Of a stretch of DNA of 64,000 bases, positions 31,709 to 41,197 are shown in pieces. The notes under the pieces were generated by a model. That model was not told the DNA's origin. It was given only the letters and a program-made list of their open reading frames with translations, and ran no database searches. Position 1 is the first letter of the stretch. Every line of letters starts with the position of its first letter. Origin of the DNA: an uncultured delta proteobacterium. Lineage in GTDB: Bacteria; Myxococcota; Myxococcia; Myxococcales; Anaeromyxobacteraceae. Position numbers and translations under genes: made by a program. The stretch lies in assembly GCA_963814585.1 (NCBI GenBank), contig CAWFDF010000003.1:96001-160000 (forward strand). The letters run 5' to 3'.

Positions 31709-32862
31709 ATGGCGAAGGACCTGACGCTGGAGCTGAAGTTCCGCGATCCGGCCAAGGCCCGCGCCCTGGTCGAGGCCATGCAGCGCAACCTCGACGCCAT
31801 CGGGCGCGAGGTCTCGGTGATGCACGTCTGCGGCAGCCACGAGCAGGCCATCGCCCGCTTCGGGCTGCGCGCGGTGCTGCCGAGGCAGCTGCAGCTGATC
31901 ATGGGTCCGGGCTGCCCGGTCTGCGTCACCGACGGCCCGGAGGTGGACGAGGCGGTGGCGCTGGCCGGCCAGGGGGTCCGGGTCTGCACCTACGGGGACA
32001 TGCTGCGGCTGCCCGGCACCTCGCGGTCGCTGGCCGACGCGCAGGGGGACGGCGGGCGGGTCGACGTCGTCTACTCGGTGGACCAGGCGGTCGAGCTGGC
32101 GCGGGCGCACCCCGCCGAGGAGGTGGTGTTCTTCGCCTCCGGCTTCGAGACCACCGCGGTGGCCACCGCCGCCGTGGCGCTGACGCCGCTGCCGCCGAAC
32201 TTCTCGATCCTCTCGGTGCACAAGTACGTGCCGGCGGCCATGGACCTGGTGGCCGGGTCGAAGGAGAGCCGGATCGAGGGGTTCATCGCCGCCGGCCACG
32301 CCGCCATCATCACCGGCTGGGGGATCTTCGAGCCCTTCGCCGGAGAAGACCGGCACCCCGGTGGTGGTGGCCGGCTTCGAGCCGCTCGACGTCCTGGCCG
32401 CCGTCGTCAAGCTCACCGACCTCATCCGCGGGAGGAGGGCCGAGGTCTTCAACGCCTACCCGCGCTGCGTGACCCGGGAGGGGAACCAGCCGGCCCAGCG
32501 GACGCTCTGGAAGGTCTTCGAGGCCGCGGACCGGGACCTGGCGCGGCATCGCCGCCGTGCCCCGCGGCAACCTCGACCTGCGCCCCGAGTTCGCCCACCT
32601 CGACGCCCGGAAGCGGTTCCGCATCGACACCGCGCCGGTCCGCGACGAGACCGCCTCGGGGCTGGAGCGGGAGTGCCTCTGCGGCACCATCATGATGGGG
32701 CTGGCCACGCCACGCGACTGCACGCTCTTCGGGAAGGCCTGCGTGCCCGAGTCGCCGGTGGGCGCCTGCATGGTCTCGTCGGAGGGCACCTGCCGCATCT
32801 GGCACACCTACGGCGGCGCCCCGGATCTCCGCGGGGTCGGCGCGCCGGCGCCGGGCAGGTAG
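31709..32862 (+). CDS. hypD: Hydrogenase formation protein HypD, frameshifts near 32342 and 32531
   Basis: MHVCGSHE, GPGCPVCVT, GFETT, then VAGFEP and C-terminal CLCG...C...FGKACVP..PVGACMVSSEGTC. Confidence 0.92.
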
Positions 32863-32877
32863 GGAGGAAGGCGCACC

Positions 32878-33900
32878 ATGGAGAAGGTGGTCCAGAAGAT
32901 CGGCCTGAAGCACGGCTCGGGCGGGCGCGCCATGCGGCAGCTCATCGAGGAGGTCTTCCTGGAGCTGGCCTCGCCGGTGGACGGCGTCGGGCTCGCCGCC
33001 CTCGACGACGGCGCCGCCCTTCGCCTCGGCGACCAGTGGCTGGTGGTGACCACCGACTCCCACGTGGTCCACCCCATCTTCTTCCCGGGCGGCGACATCG
33101 GCCGGATCGGCGTCTGCGGCACGGTCAACGACCTGGCCATGATGGGCGCCACCGAGCCCATGGCCCTGACCTGCGCCGTCATCCTCGAGGACGGCTTTCC
33201 CCGGGCGGACCTCGAGCGCATCCGCGACTCGATGAAGGCCGCCGCCGCGGAGGCCGGCGCGCCCTTCGTCACCGGCGACACCAAGGTGGTGGGCCGGGGA
33301 GACTGCGACGGCATCTTCGTCAACACCACCGGGGTGGCGCTGACCAGGCGGGTGGTCACCGACGCCGGGCTGCGCCCCGGCGACCTGCTCATCGTCACCG
33401 GGCACGTCGGCGACCACGGCATGGCCATCATGTCGAGGCGGCACGACCTCGGGCTGCAGGGCGACCTGCGCTCCGACGTGGCCCCGCTGAACGGCCTGGT
33501 CCGGGCCGCCCTGGCGGCCGGCGGCGACGACGTGGTGGCCATGAAGGACCCGACCCGCGGTGGCGTGGCCGCCTCGCTCCACGAGATGGCCGCCAAGGGG
33601 AAGGTGGGCGTGGTCATCGAGGAGCAGGCGGTCCCGGTGCGCGACGAGGTGCGGGCCGCCGCCGACATGCTGGGCATCGATCCGCTGCTGGTGGCCAACG
33701 AGGGCAAGGCGATCATCGGGGTGCGGGCCGCCTCGGCCGGCCGGGTGCTGGCGGCGCTGCGCGCCCACCCGCTCGGCCGCGACGCCGCCGTCTTCGCGCG
33801 GGCCATCGCCGAGCGGCCCGGCTCGGTGATCCTCGACACCGGCCTGGGGAAGCGGCTGCTGGCCGAGCCCGAGGGCGAGCTCCTGCCCAGGATCTGCTGA
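32878..33900 (+). CDS. hypE: Hydrogenase maturation carbamoyl dehydratase HypE
   Basis: HGSGG, TTDSHVV, GTVNDLAM, DPTRGG, ANEG, C-terminal LPRIC. Confidence 0.96.
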   Translation: MEKVVQKIGLKHGSGGRAMRQLIEEVFLELASPVDGVGLAALDDGAALRLGDQWLVVTTDSHVVHPIFFPGGDIGRIGVCGTVNDLAMMGATEPMALTCAVILEDGFPRADLERIRDSMKAAAAEAGAPFVTGDTKVVGRGDCDGIFVNTTGVALTRRVVTDAGLRPGDLLIVTGHVGDHGMAIMSRRHDLGLQGDLRSDVAPLNGLVRAALAAGGDDVVAMKDPTRGGVAASLHEMAAKGKVGVVIEEQAVPVRDEVRAAADMLGIDPLLVANEGKAIIGVRAASAGRVLAALRAHPLGRDAAVFARAIAERPGSVILDTGLGKRLLAEPEGELLPRIC

Positions 33901-33914
33901 TGGAGGGGCACTAG

Positions 33915-34259
33915 GTGCACGAGTACTCCCTGGTCGAGGCGCTCATCTCCCGCGTCGAGGCCGAGGCCCGGCGGCGCGGGGCGCTCAAGGTCCACGGCCT
34001 CTCGGTGCGCCTCGGCGAGCTGGCCGGCGTCGACCCCGGGCTGTTCCAGACCGCCTACGACACCTTCCGGGCCGGCACCGTGTGCGCCGAGGTGCCGCTG
34101 ACCCTCCGCCAGGTCCCGGCCAGCTGGTCCTGCCCGGCCTGCCACGCCGCCATCCCGCGCGGCGAGATCCTCCGCTGCGCCCCCTGCGGCGAGCCGGCCC
34201 GCCTCGACGACGGCGGCGACGCCCTCACCCTGGACGGCATCGACCTGGAGGTGCCTTGA
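33915..34259 (+). CDS. hypA: Nickel metallochaperone HypA
   Basis: MHEYSL start, two CxxC (CPAC, CAPC). Confidence 0.93.
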   Translation: MHEYSLVEALISRVEAEARRRGALKVHGLSVRLGELAGVDPGLFQTAYDTFRAGTVCAEVPLTLRQVPASWSCPACHAAIPRGEILRCAPCGEPARLDDGGDALTLDGIDLEVP

Positions 34260-34293
34260 TGCGCACCATCACCTGGCGTGGGGAGGAGCCCTG

Positions 34294-35043
34294 ATGTGCA
34301 CGACCTGTGGTTGCGGCGACACCTCGCTGGTCCCGGTGGAGCTGCACGAGAAGATCCTGGCCGGCAACGACCGCGCCGCCCGGCACAACCGCGAGCACTT
34401 CCTCGAGGCCGGCGTGCTGGCCCTCAACCTGATGGGCTCGCCGGGCTCCGGCAAGACCGCCGTGCTCGAGGCCACCGCCCGCGCCGCCGCCGGGAAGGGC
34501 TGGCGGCTCGGCGCGGTCTCGGCCGACCTGGCCACCGACCACGACGCCGTGCGGCTCTCCCGGGCCGGCATCCCCTCGCGCGCCATCACCACCGGGCAGG
34601 CCTGCCACCTGGACGCCGAGCTGGTCCACCGCTCGCTCCACGACGTCGCCTGGCGGGAGACCGACGTCTTCTTCATCGAGAACGTCGGCAACCTGGTCTG
34701 CCCGGCCATCTACGACCTGGGCCAGGCCGCCAACGTGGTGGTCCTCTCCGTCACCGAGGGGGAGGACAAGCCGCTCAAGTACCCGGTGATGTTCAAGGCC
34801 GCCGACCTGGTCCTCGTCAGCAAGGCCGACCTGATCCCGCACCTCGACGTCGACCTGGGGAAGCTGGAGGACGCGCTGTCCCGGGTCATGCCGCGCCCCG
34901 AGCACCTCCTCCTCTCGGCCCGCACCGGCGAGGGACTCGACCAGTGGGTGGCGTGGCTGGCCAGGCGCAGGCTCGAGCACGGCCTGGTCGGTCGCGTGGC
35001 CGGCCTGGCCGGCCACACCCACCCGGCCGCGAAGACCTCGTGA
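34294..35043 (+). CDS. hypB: Hydrogenase nickel incorporation GTPase HypB
   Basis: MCTTCGC, GSPGSGKT, CHLDA, ENVGNLVCP, EGEDKPLKYP. Confidence 0.95.
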   Translation: MCTTCGCGDTSLVPVELHEKILAGNDRAARHNREHFLEAGVLALNLMGSPGSGKTAVLEATARAAAGKGWRLGAVSADLATDHDAVRLSRAGIPSRAITTGQACHLDAELVHRSLHDVAWRETDVFFIENVGNLVCPAIYDLGQAANVVVLSVTEGEDKPLKYPVMFKAADLVLVSKADLIPHLDVDLGKLEDALSRVMPRPEHLLLSARTGEGLDQWVAWLARRRLEHGLVGRVAGLAGHTHPAAKTS

Positions 35044-35055
35044 CCCGGCCCGCGG

Positions 35056-35958
35056 CTACCCCACCAGCCGCGCCAGCGCCAGCTCGTAGCCCTCGAAGTC
35101 GTCGAAGATCTCGACGCCGGCCGCCGCCAGCGTGGCGCGGGCCGCCTGGGCCCCGGCGCCTCCCACCCAGCAGGCCGTGCCGGCCGGCAGCGCGCGCGCC
35201 AGCTCGACGATCGCCGCCGGGCCCTGCGGGCGGGCGTCGGCGCCCGACATGGAGAGGACCACGGCGCGCGGGTGGATGCGCCTGGCCGCCGCCACCAGCT
35301 CCGCCCGGGGAAGCCCGGGGCCGAAGTAGAACGGCGCGGCGCCGGCGCCGGACGCCAGCAGCGCCGCCACCAGGGCCCCCAACTCGTGCGGCTCCCCCTC
35401 CGCGGTGGCGATCAGCAGGCGGGGCGCGCCCGGCGGCGGCTCGCGCAGCCGGGCCAGCGCCCCCACCAGGCTGCGGATCTCGGCGGTGACCAGGTGCTCC
35501 TGGCCGACGCTGAGCTTCCCCTCGTGCCACGCCTCGCCGACCGCGCGCATCAGCGGCAGGGCCACCTCGAGCGCCAGCTGGCGCGGGGTGAGCACCACCG
35601 CCAGCCGCGTCAGCTCCCGGCGCAGCGCCTCGAAGTCGAACCGATCGACCGCGCCGAGCAGGTCGGCGAGCGCGGCCACCGCGACGCCCGGCGTGGCCGC
35701 GGGCGAGGTCGGCGGGCGGCCGACCAGCGCCCGCAGCTCCTCGACGCCGAGCGGCGCGACGCGGCCGATCGGGTGACCCCCCTCGACGGCCCGGCGCAGC
35801 AGCGTGAGCCGATCCACGTCGGCCTCGGAGTAGACCCGGCCGCGCTCGTCCCGCTCCGGCTCGACCACGGCGTGGCGACGCTCCCAGGCGCGCAGCGTGT
35901 CGACCGAGATGCCGGTCAGCTTGGCGACGGCGCGGATGGGATAGGTGGGTGGCCTCAT
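35056..35958 (-). CDS. MerR-family regulator with B12-binding domain (CarH/LitR-like photoreceptor)
   Basis: TLRAWERRH HTH; EAWHEGKLSVGQEH (W-x9-EH, with His after W) and GEPHELG (E-x-H-x-x-G). Confidence 0.88.
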   Translation of the reverse strand: MRPPTYPIRAVAKLTGISVDTLRAWERRHAVVEPERDERGRVYSEADVDRLTLLRRAVEGGHPIGRVAPLGVEELRALVGRPPTSPAATPGVAVAALADLLGAVDRFDFEALRRELTRLAVVLTPRQLALEVALPLMRAVGEAWHEGKLSVGQEHLVTAEIRSLVGALARLREPPPGAPRLLIATAEGEPHELGALVAALLASGAGAAPFYFGPGLPRAELVAAARRIHPRAVVLSMSGADARPQGPAAIVELARALPAGTACWVGGAGAQAARATLAAAGVEIFDDFEGYELALARLVG

Positions 35959-35980
35959 GTGGTGCTCCAGCGGACCATGG

Positions 35981-36019
35981 CGTCCTGCCTCTGACCACAA
36001 TATGTCCCCTGTATATCCA
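35981..36019 (-). promoter_or_regulatory. Candidate CarH-type operator: four hexamers in 11-bp phase
   Basis: Plus-strand CGTCCT 35981, TGACCA 35992, TGTCCC 36003, TATCCA 36014; consensus TGTCCA = TGGACA on the coding strand. Confidence 0.55.
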
Positions 36020-36211
36020 TGTCGCCACCGAACCGTGCCGGTCTTCGATCCCGACCGAGAGTCGTTGACGAGCCAATCCGAACGGGCTCACCCGAACGAA
36101 GCGTCTGACCCGTCCCCCCTGCACCGAGCGGAGCGCCAGGCGCCCGTCCGCCCACCCCGGGCCCTGGACCCTGGGAGCCGGCCGGCCCGGCGTCGCAGGC
36201 CGCGTCGGCGG

Positions 36212-37396
36212 CTACCCGGTGGGCACCGGGACCGGCACCAGGTCCCCGGCGTCTGGCATCACCAGCACCCGGCCCCGCCCGCCGACGAGTCGCGCCGCCT
36301 CCGCCACCGCCGCCTCGAGCGACGGCGCGTGGCGCGCGTAGGTCTGGCTCACCGTGGCCTCGTCCATCCCCGAGACCAGGAGGAGCGTGTACCGCTCCGG
36401 CAGGAACCGCCGGACACCCAGAGTGAATATGGCCTCGTTGACGGTCTTGAGCGGACCGGTCCCCTCGGGGCACTCGGCCGCCACGATCACCACGCCGCCG
36501 TCCTGCAGCAGCAGCCCGGCCGGGGGCACCAGCTTCGACGCCTGGTAGAGGCTCCCCGAGACCGGCAGGGGCGCCGACACCACCACCACCGGCGCCGGCG
36601 CGGCCCGCACCTCCACCCAGCGCCGGAGCAGGCGGACCCCCTCGCGGTGGGCCGCCACCAGGTCGCCCGCCACCGCGCCGGTGATGACGCCGCCCGCCTC
36701 CACCACGTTGAGCATGAAGGTCTCGCGCCCCAGCCGCCGGGCCGCATCCTCCAGGTCGTCGCGGCACGGGTTCAGGTCGACGCGCCCCAGCGAGCTGCCC
36801 GGGTCGGCCTTGAGCAGGTGGTTCTGCCGGATGTCGGCCTCCGCCCCCAGCCCCGGGAAGATCCCCTTGGTCCCCCCGCCGTAGCCGGCGAAGTAGTGCG
36901 GCTTGACGCGTCCGGTGGTGACGATCAGGTCGGCCTCGACGAGGCACCGGTTGACCCGCAACCGCGTGCCTCGCGCCGTCCGCCCCACCTCCACCAGCTG
37001 CGCCTCGTCCCGCGCGTCGTGGTTCACCACCCGGTGGCGCCGCAGCGCCCCCTCCGGCAGCCCGAGCCGCTCCACCGGCCCGGGCTGGTGCGTGCCGTTG
37101 GCCACCGCCAGCGTGATCTGCCGGTCGGGGAGCGCCGCCAGCTCGGCCCGCACCGCCTCGAACAGCTCGGCGCGCGGCTCGTCGCGCGAGGCGTCGGAGA
37201 CGATCACCACCGCCCGCGTCCGCGACGTCGCCAGCTCGCCGAGCCGCCGGGCCCCGACGGGCCGGGCCAGGGCGCCGGCCAGCGCGATCCGGAGATCCGC
37301 CACCGGCGGCGGCGCCGGCGCCGGCAGCACCTCCGCCTCCAGCCCGGGCGGCAGCGTGAGCCGGAGCGGCCGCGCGCCGTAGCCGAGCTCGATCAC
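36212..37396 (-). CDS. LarA-family nickel-pincer racemase/epimerase
   Basis: GTG overlapping the plsC stop; SDASR, ANGTH, VNHDA, KPHYFAGYGGGTKGIFPG, IRQNH, LYQASK. Confidence 0.85.
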   Translation of the reverse strand: MIELGYGARPLRLTLPPGLEAEVLPAPAPPPVADLRIALAGALARPVGARRLGELATSRTRAVVIVSDASRDEPRAELFEAVRAELAALPDRQITLAVANGTHQPGPVERLGLPEGALRRHRVVNHDARDEAQLVEVGRTARGTRLRVNRCLVEADLIVTTGRVKPHYFAGYGGGTKGIFPGLGAEADIRQNHLLKADPGSSLGRVDLNPCRDDLEDAARRLGRETFMLNVVEAGGVITGAVAGDLVAAHREGVRLLRRWVEVRAAPAPVVVVSAPLPVSGSLYQASKLVPPAGLLLQDGGVVIVAAECPEGTGPLKTVNEAIFTLGVRRFLPERYTLLLVSGMDEATVSQTYARHAPSLEAAVAEAARLVGGRGRVLVMPDAGDLVPVPVPTG

Positions 37397-38151
37397 GCGG
37401 CCTCCGGCGGCTCCGCCGTCACCGGCGCCACCGCCTCGGCCGGAAGCGCCGCCACGAAGGCGGCGCGAACCCGGTCCCGCAGCGCGCCGGCGTCGGACTG
37501 GGTGAGCCCCCGGGTCGGCACCGGCGGGAGGAGGCGGGCGACCGCGTCGCACGGGCCGACCTTGGCCCCGCCCTTCTGGAAGCCGGCCGCCGTGCCCGAG
37601 ACCACCACCGGCACGACCGGCACGCCCGCCTCGATGGCCAGCCGGAAGGCCCCCTTCTTGAACGGCAGCAGCCGCGCGTCCCTGGATCGGGTCCCCTCCG
37701 GGAAGATCATCACGTTCATGCCGCGCTGCAGGTAGGCCCTGGCCCTGGCGACCGCCTCGCCGCCGCTCTCCGGGTCGCCGCGCCGCACCGCCATGTCGCC
37801 GGTGAGCCGGAGCATCCAGCCGACCCAGGGGATCCTGAAGAGCTCCTCCTTGACCATCCACTTCATCTCGTGCGGCAGCCGGCAGAGCAGCACGATGTCG
37901 AGCATCGACTGGTGGTTGGCCACCACCACGAACGGCCCGCCCCCGGCCGGCCACGTTCCCTCCAGGCGGAACCTCCAGGGGGGATAGGTGAGGCTGAGCA
38001 GGATCCCGACGAAGCGGAGGAACTTCCCCGGCACCACCAGGTTGCGATCGAAGGGACGCGTCACCGCCCAGAGCACCAGCTGGATGGGCAGGCCGACCAG
38101 GAGGATGACGGCCGCGGCGGTCCAGCCCAGGTACTCGATGAGCTTGTTCAC
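37393..38151 (-). CDS. Lysophospholipid acyltransferase (PlsC family)
   Basis: NHQSMLD (H-x4-D) and FPEGTRS. Confidence 0.92.
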   Translation of the reverse strand: MNKLIEYLGWTAAAVILLVGLPIQLVLWAVTRPFDRNLVVPGKFLRFVGILLSLTYPPWRFRLEGTWPAGGGPFVVVANHQSMLDIVLLCRLPHEMKWMVKEELFRIPWVGWMLRLTGDMAVRRGDPESGGEAVARARAYLQRGMNVMIFPEGTRSRDARLLPFKKGAFRLAIEAGVPVVPVVVSGTAAGFQKGGAKVGPCDAVARLLPPVPTRGLTQSDAGALRDRVRAAFVAALPAEAVAPVTAEPPEAA

Positions 38152-38160
38152 CCCGCCAAT

Positions 38161-39576
38161 TTACAGCGGTGGCCGGGCCAGGTGGTAGTCGGTGCGGCGC
38201 TGCAGCCAGGCCCCGGCCGAGAGCAGCCGCGCCTCGGTCAGCGGCGGGCCCACCAGCTGCAGCGAGACCGGCAGCCCCTGGACGAACCCCATGGGCAGCG
38301 CCAGCGCCGGCAGGCCGCAGAGGTTCCCGGCGGCGCCGAGCGGATCGGGGAAGTCGAAGGCGTCGTCGAAGTTCTCCTCCACCCGCGGCGGCGCCAGCGG
38401 CAGGTTGGGCGCCAGCACCAGGTCGAAGCGCTCGAAGAAGCCGGCCATGGCGCGCTGGGCCTCCCCCCGCAGCCGCATGGCGCGGACGTAGTCCGCCGAC
38501 GAGGCGCGCGGGAGGTAGTCCTGCGGAGCGCGGGTCCGGTGGGAGGCGTCGGCCAGCTCCCGGGTGCGCCCGCTGCGGATCAGCTCCTCGAAGACGCTGG
38601 CCGCCTCGGCCTCCAGGAAGACCAGGGTGAGCGGCTCCCACGGCAGGTCGGGCAGGGTCGCCGGCTCGAGGAGCGCCCCGCCCTCCCGCAGCAGGGCCTG
38701 GGCCCGCTGGAAGGCCGCGACCGTCTCCGGCGAGAGCGCGGCCGCCGGCATCCCCTCGAAGCCGAGCACCGCCACCCGCAGGCCCGGCGTCAGCTCGGCG
38801 CGGACCCGGGGCAGGCCGGGCGGCGGCTGGATCGAGGAGGCGTCGCGCGGGTCCTCCCCGGCCAGGGCCGAGAGCACCAGGGCGGCGTCGAGCGCGCTCC
38901 GCGTGAAGGTCCCCAGCTTGTCGAGCGTGAAGGAGAGCGGCATGGCGCCGAAGCGGGAGAGGACGCCGTAGGTGGGGCGCAGCCCGGTGACGCCGCAGAA
39001 CGCGGCCGGGCAGGTGATCGAGCCCCAGGTCTCCGAGCCGATGGCGAGCGGCACCAGCCCTGCCGCCACCGCCGAGGCCGAGCCGGACGACGAGCCCCCG
39101 GCCCAGCGGGCGAGGTCCCACGGCGTGCGACACGGGCCGGTGAGGGCGGCCTCGCCGGTGTGATAGCCGAGCCCCCCGGCCAGCTCGATCATCGAGAGCT
39201 TGGCGCAGAGCACGGCGCCGGCGGCGTCGAGCCGCGTCACCACGGTGGCGTCCTCGGTGGGGACCCTCCCGGCGAAGGGCCTCGCGCCCCAGGTGGTGGT
39301 GATCCCCCGGGTGTCGACGAGGTCCTTGAGGCCGTACGGGATGCCGTGCAGCGGGCCGCGCCACGCCCCGCGGGCCAGCTCCGCCTCGGCGGCGCGCGCC
39401 TGGCCGAGCGCCCGGTCGGGCGTGATCGTGACCACCGCGCCGAGCCTCGGCCCGAGCCGCTGCAGCCGCGCCAGGACGCTCTCGGCGAGCGCCACCGGCG
39501 AGAGCGCCCGCGTCCGGAGCTGCTCGGAGAGCGAGGCGACGCCGGAGAAGAGGACGTCGTCGGAGAGGAGCGTCAC
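38161..39576 (-). CDS. Amidase-signature family enzyme
   Basis: GTG overlapping the upstream stop; GPLHGIPYGLKD, GGSSSGS, IGSETWGSI; no signal peptide. Confidence 0.9.
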   Translation of the reverse strand: MTLLSDDVLFSGVASLSEQLRTRALSPVALAESVLARLQRLGPRLGAVVTITPDRALGQARAAEAELARGAWRGPLHGIPYGLKDLVDTRGITTTWGARPFAGRVPTEDATVVTRLDAAGAVLCAKLSMIELAGGLGYHTGEAALTGPCRTPWDLARWAGGSSSGSASAVAAGLVPLAIGSETWGSITCPAAFCGVTGLRPTYGVLSRFGAMPLSFTLDKLGTFTRSALDAALVLSALAGEDPRDASSIQPPPGLPRVRAELTPGLRVAVLGFEGMPAAALSPETVAAFQRAQALLREGGALLEPATLPDLPWEPLTLVFLEAEAASVFEELIRSGRTRELADASHRTRAPQDYLPRASSADYVRAMRLRGEAQRAMAGFFERFDLVLAPNLPLAPPRVEENFDDAFDFPDPLGAAGNLCGLPALALPMGFVQGLPVSLQLVGPPLTEARLLSAGAWLQRRTDYHLARPPL

Positions 39577-39815
39577 CCGCAGCTCCCGCGGCCGCCCAGG
39601 ACCCGGAAGACCAGCGCCGGCTCCGCCGAGAACGGAAGGGGCACGGCGCGGAGCGCCGCCAGCGGATCGGTGGCGGCGGAGGTGGACGGGCCGGCCGGGG
39701 CCTGGCTGGCCGGCCCGACGCGCAGCGTGGCGCACCCCGCGGCGGCCAGCGGGACGACGGCGGCGAGCCGGAGGAAGGACCGGCGCGACGAGGCAGGCGT
39801 TGACGGATCGGGCAT
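39573..39815 (-). CDS. 80-aa Tat-signal lipoprotein, probable amidase partner
   Basis: SRRSFL twin-arginine motif, AAAGC lipobox, C-terminal LRAVPLPFSAEPALVF; GTGA overlap with the amidase. Confidence 0.72.
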   Translation of the reverse strand: MPDPSTPASSRRSFLRLAAVVPLAAAGCATLRVGPASQAPAGPSTSAATDPLAALRAVPLPFSAEPALVFRVLGGRGSCG

Positions 39816-39904
39816 GGCGGGATCCTAGCGCGCCTCGGGCGGCGTGGAGGATGGAATGCGCCCTGGACGGCCGGTCGGGCGGCGCGCACCGCCCCGGCGG
39901 AGGC

Positions 39905-41197
39905 TCATCGCTCCTGGGGGGCCAGGCCGCGCAGCAGGTCGGCCCGATCCACGATGCCGACCAGGGCGCCGCCGGCGTCGGTCACGGCCAGGATCTTGTT
40001 CCGGTCCCTCAGCATGAGGGCGATGGCGTCGGCGAGCGTGGTGTCCTCCCGCGCCACCGGCACGCTCCGGGACATGAGCCCGCCGGCGGTGTGCGCCCGG
40101 GCGCGGACGGCCGCCTCGGCCTCCACCGGCCTGGCGTGGGTGAACGGGAGACGCTGCATGAGCGATCGCAGGACCCCGCCCTGGAGCTCCGGGGTGATCC
40201 GCTCGAGCAGCGCCCCGTCCGTCACCAGCCCGACGACTCGCCGCTGCTGGTCCACGACCACGGCGAGGTTGAGCCGGGTCGAGACCACGGCCTGCAGCGT
40301 CTCCGGCAGCGGCGTGTCGGGATGGACCGCCGGCACGTCGCGCCGCATGACGCTCGAGAGTGGCGCCTCGGCCGTCAGCCCGAGCGCCACCGGCTCCGCG
40401 TCCCTGGCCTGGGAGCCGCCGGCGACGCTCCGCAGCAGGTCGTACCGGCTCACCATGCCCACCAGCCGCCCGAAGTCGACCACCGGCAGGCGCTTCAGGC
40501 GGTGGCGCGCCAGCAGTCGCGCCACCTCGGGGAGCGTCGTCGACGGGACGACACAGACCGGGCGAGGCGTCATGACGTCCTCCGCCGTGGCGGCCCGGCC
40601 GCCCAGCGACTCCAGCTCCCGCCTGAGCTCGGGCTGGGCCAGCCTGGGCAGGAGCTCGAGCCGGACGCCCAGGCCGCCGCGCTCGACCAGGTCGGAGCCG
40701 GTGATGATGCCGACCACGCGGCCCCCGTCGATGACCGGCACGGCGCGATAGGACTGGCCGAGGACCTTCTCGACCACCTGGCGCACCGGGGTCTCCAGGT
40801 CGACGGAGGTGACCTGCCGGCTCATCACCTCGCCCACCGTCACGACATCGGTGAGCGGGCGGACCGGGTGCGGCTGGTGGAGCACGATCTCGGTGTCGTC
40901 GGCGGTGATGAAGCCGTGCCGGACGAGCTCGAGGAGCCCTGGCATCAGTCGATCGACCTGGCCAACCCGGTCGATCCACTCGACCACCAGCGGCAGCTTC
41001 CCGGCGACCTCCACCAGGTGGCTGACGTGGACCTCACCGGAGGCGCCGAACCCCTCGACGCCGCGGAAGACCGTGGTGCCCTGGGCGCCTTCCCGCCGGA
41101 GGAACTGCAGGATGGCGACATGGGCCGGCAGGTGGCCCACCCGATCGCCCTCGTTGACGTAGATCCGGACCCGCCTGGCACGCCCGAAGGACTCCAT
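39905..41197 (-). CDS. DUF190 (PII-like) domain fused to multiple CBS domains
   Basis: GGAGG SD; RVRIYVNEGD...GTTVFRGVEGFG...LPLVVEWID; repeated VM-x...P-V-(V/I)D...VG(I/M)(I/V)(T/S)..DL CBS motifs. Confidence 0.85.
   Translation of the reverse strand: MESFGRARRVRIYVNEGDRVGHLPAHVAILQFLRREGAQGTTVFRGVEGFGASGEVHVSHLVEVAGKLPLVVEWIDRVGQVDRLMPGLLELVRHGFITADDTEIVLHQPHPVRPLTDVVTVGEVMSRQVTSVDLETPVRQVVEKVLGQSYRAVPVIDGGRVVGIITGSDLVERGGLGVRLELLPRLAQPELRRELESLGGRAATAEDVMTPRPVCVVPSTTLPEVARLLARHRLKRLPVVDFGRLVGMVSRYDLLRSVAGGSQARDAEPVALGLTAEAPLSSVMRRDVPAVHPDTPLPETLQAVVSTRLNLAVVVDQQRRVVGLVTDGALLERITPELQGGVLRSLMQRLPFTHARPVEAEAAVRARAHTAGGLMSRSVPVAREDTTLADAIALMLRDRNKILAVTDAGGALVGIVDRADLLRGLAPQER

Noticed and set aside
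38161..39576. Calling the amidase gatA
   Set aside because: No gatB is adjacent, the motif reads SETWGSI rather than the SDTGGSIR of GatA, and the partner carries a Tat lipoprotein signal.
36212..39889. 1225-aa ORF suggesting a large LarA fusion
   Set aside because: Only the last 394 codons are LarA-like; the rest is an off-frame read of the amidase and plsC genes.
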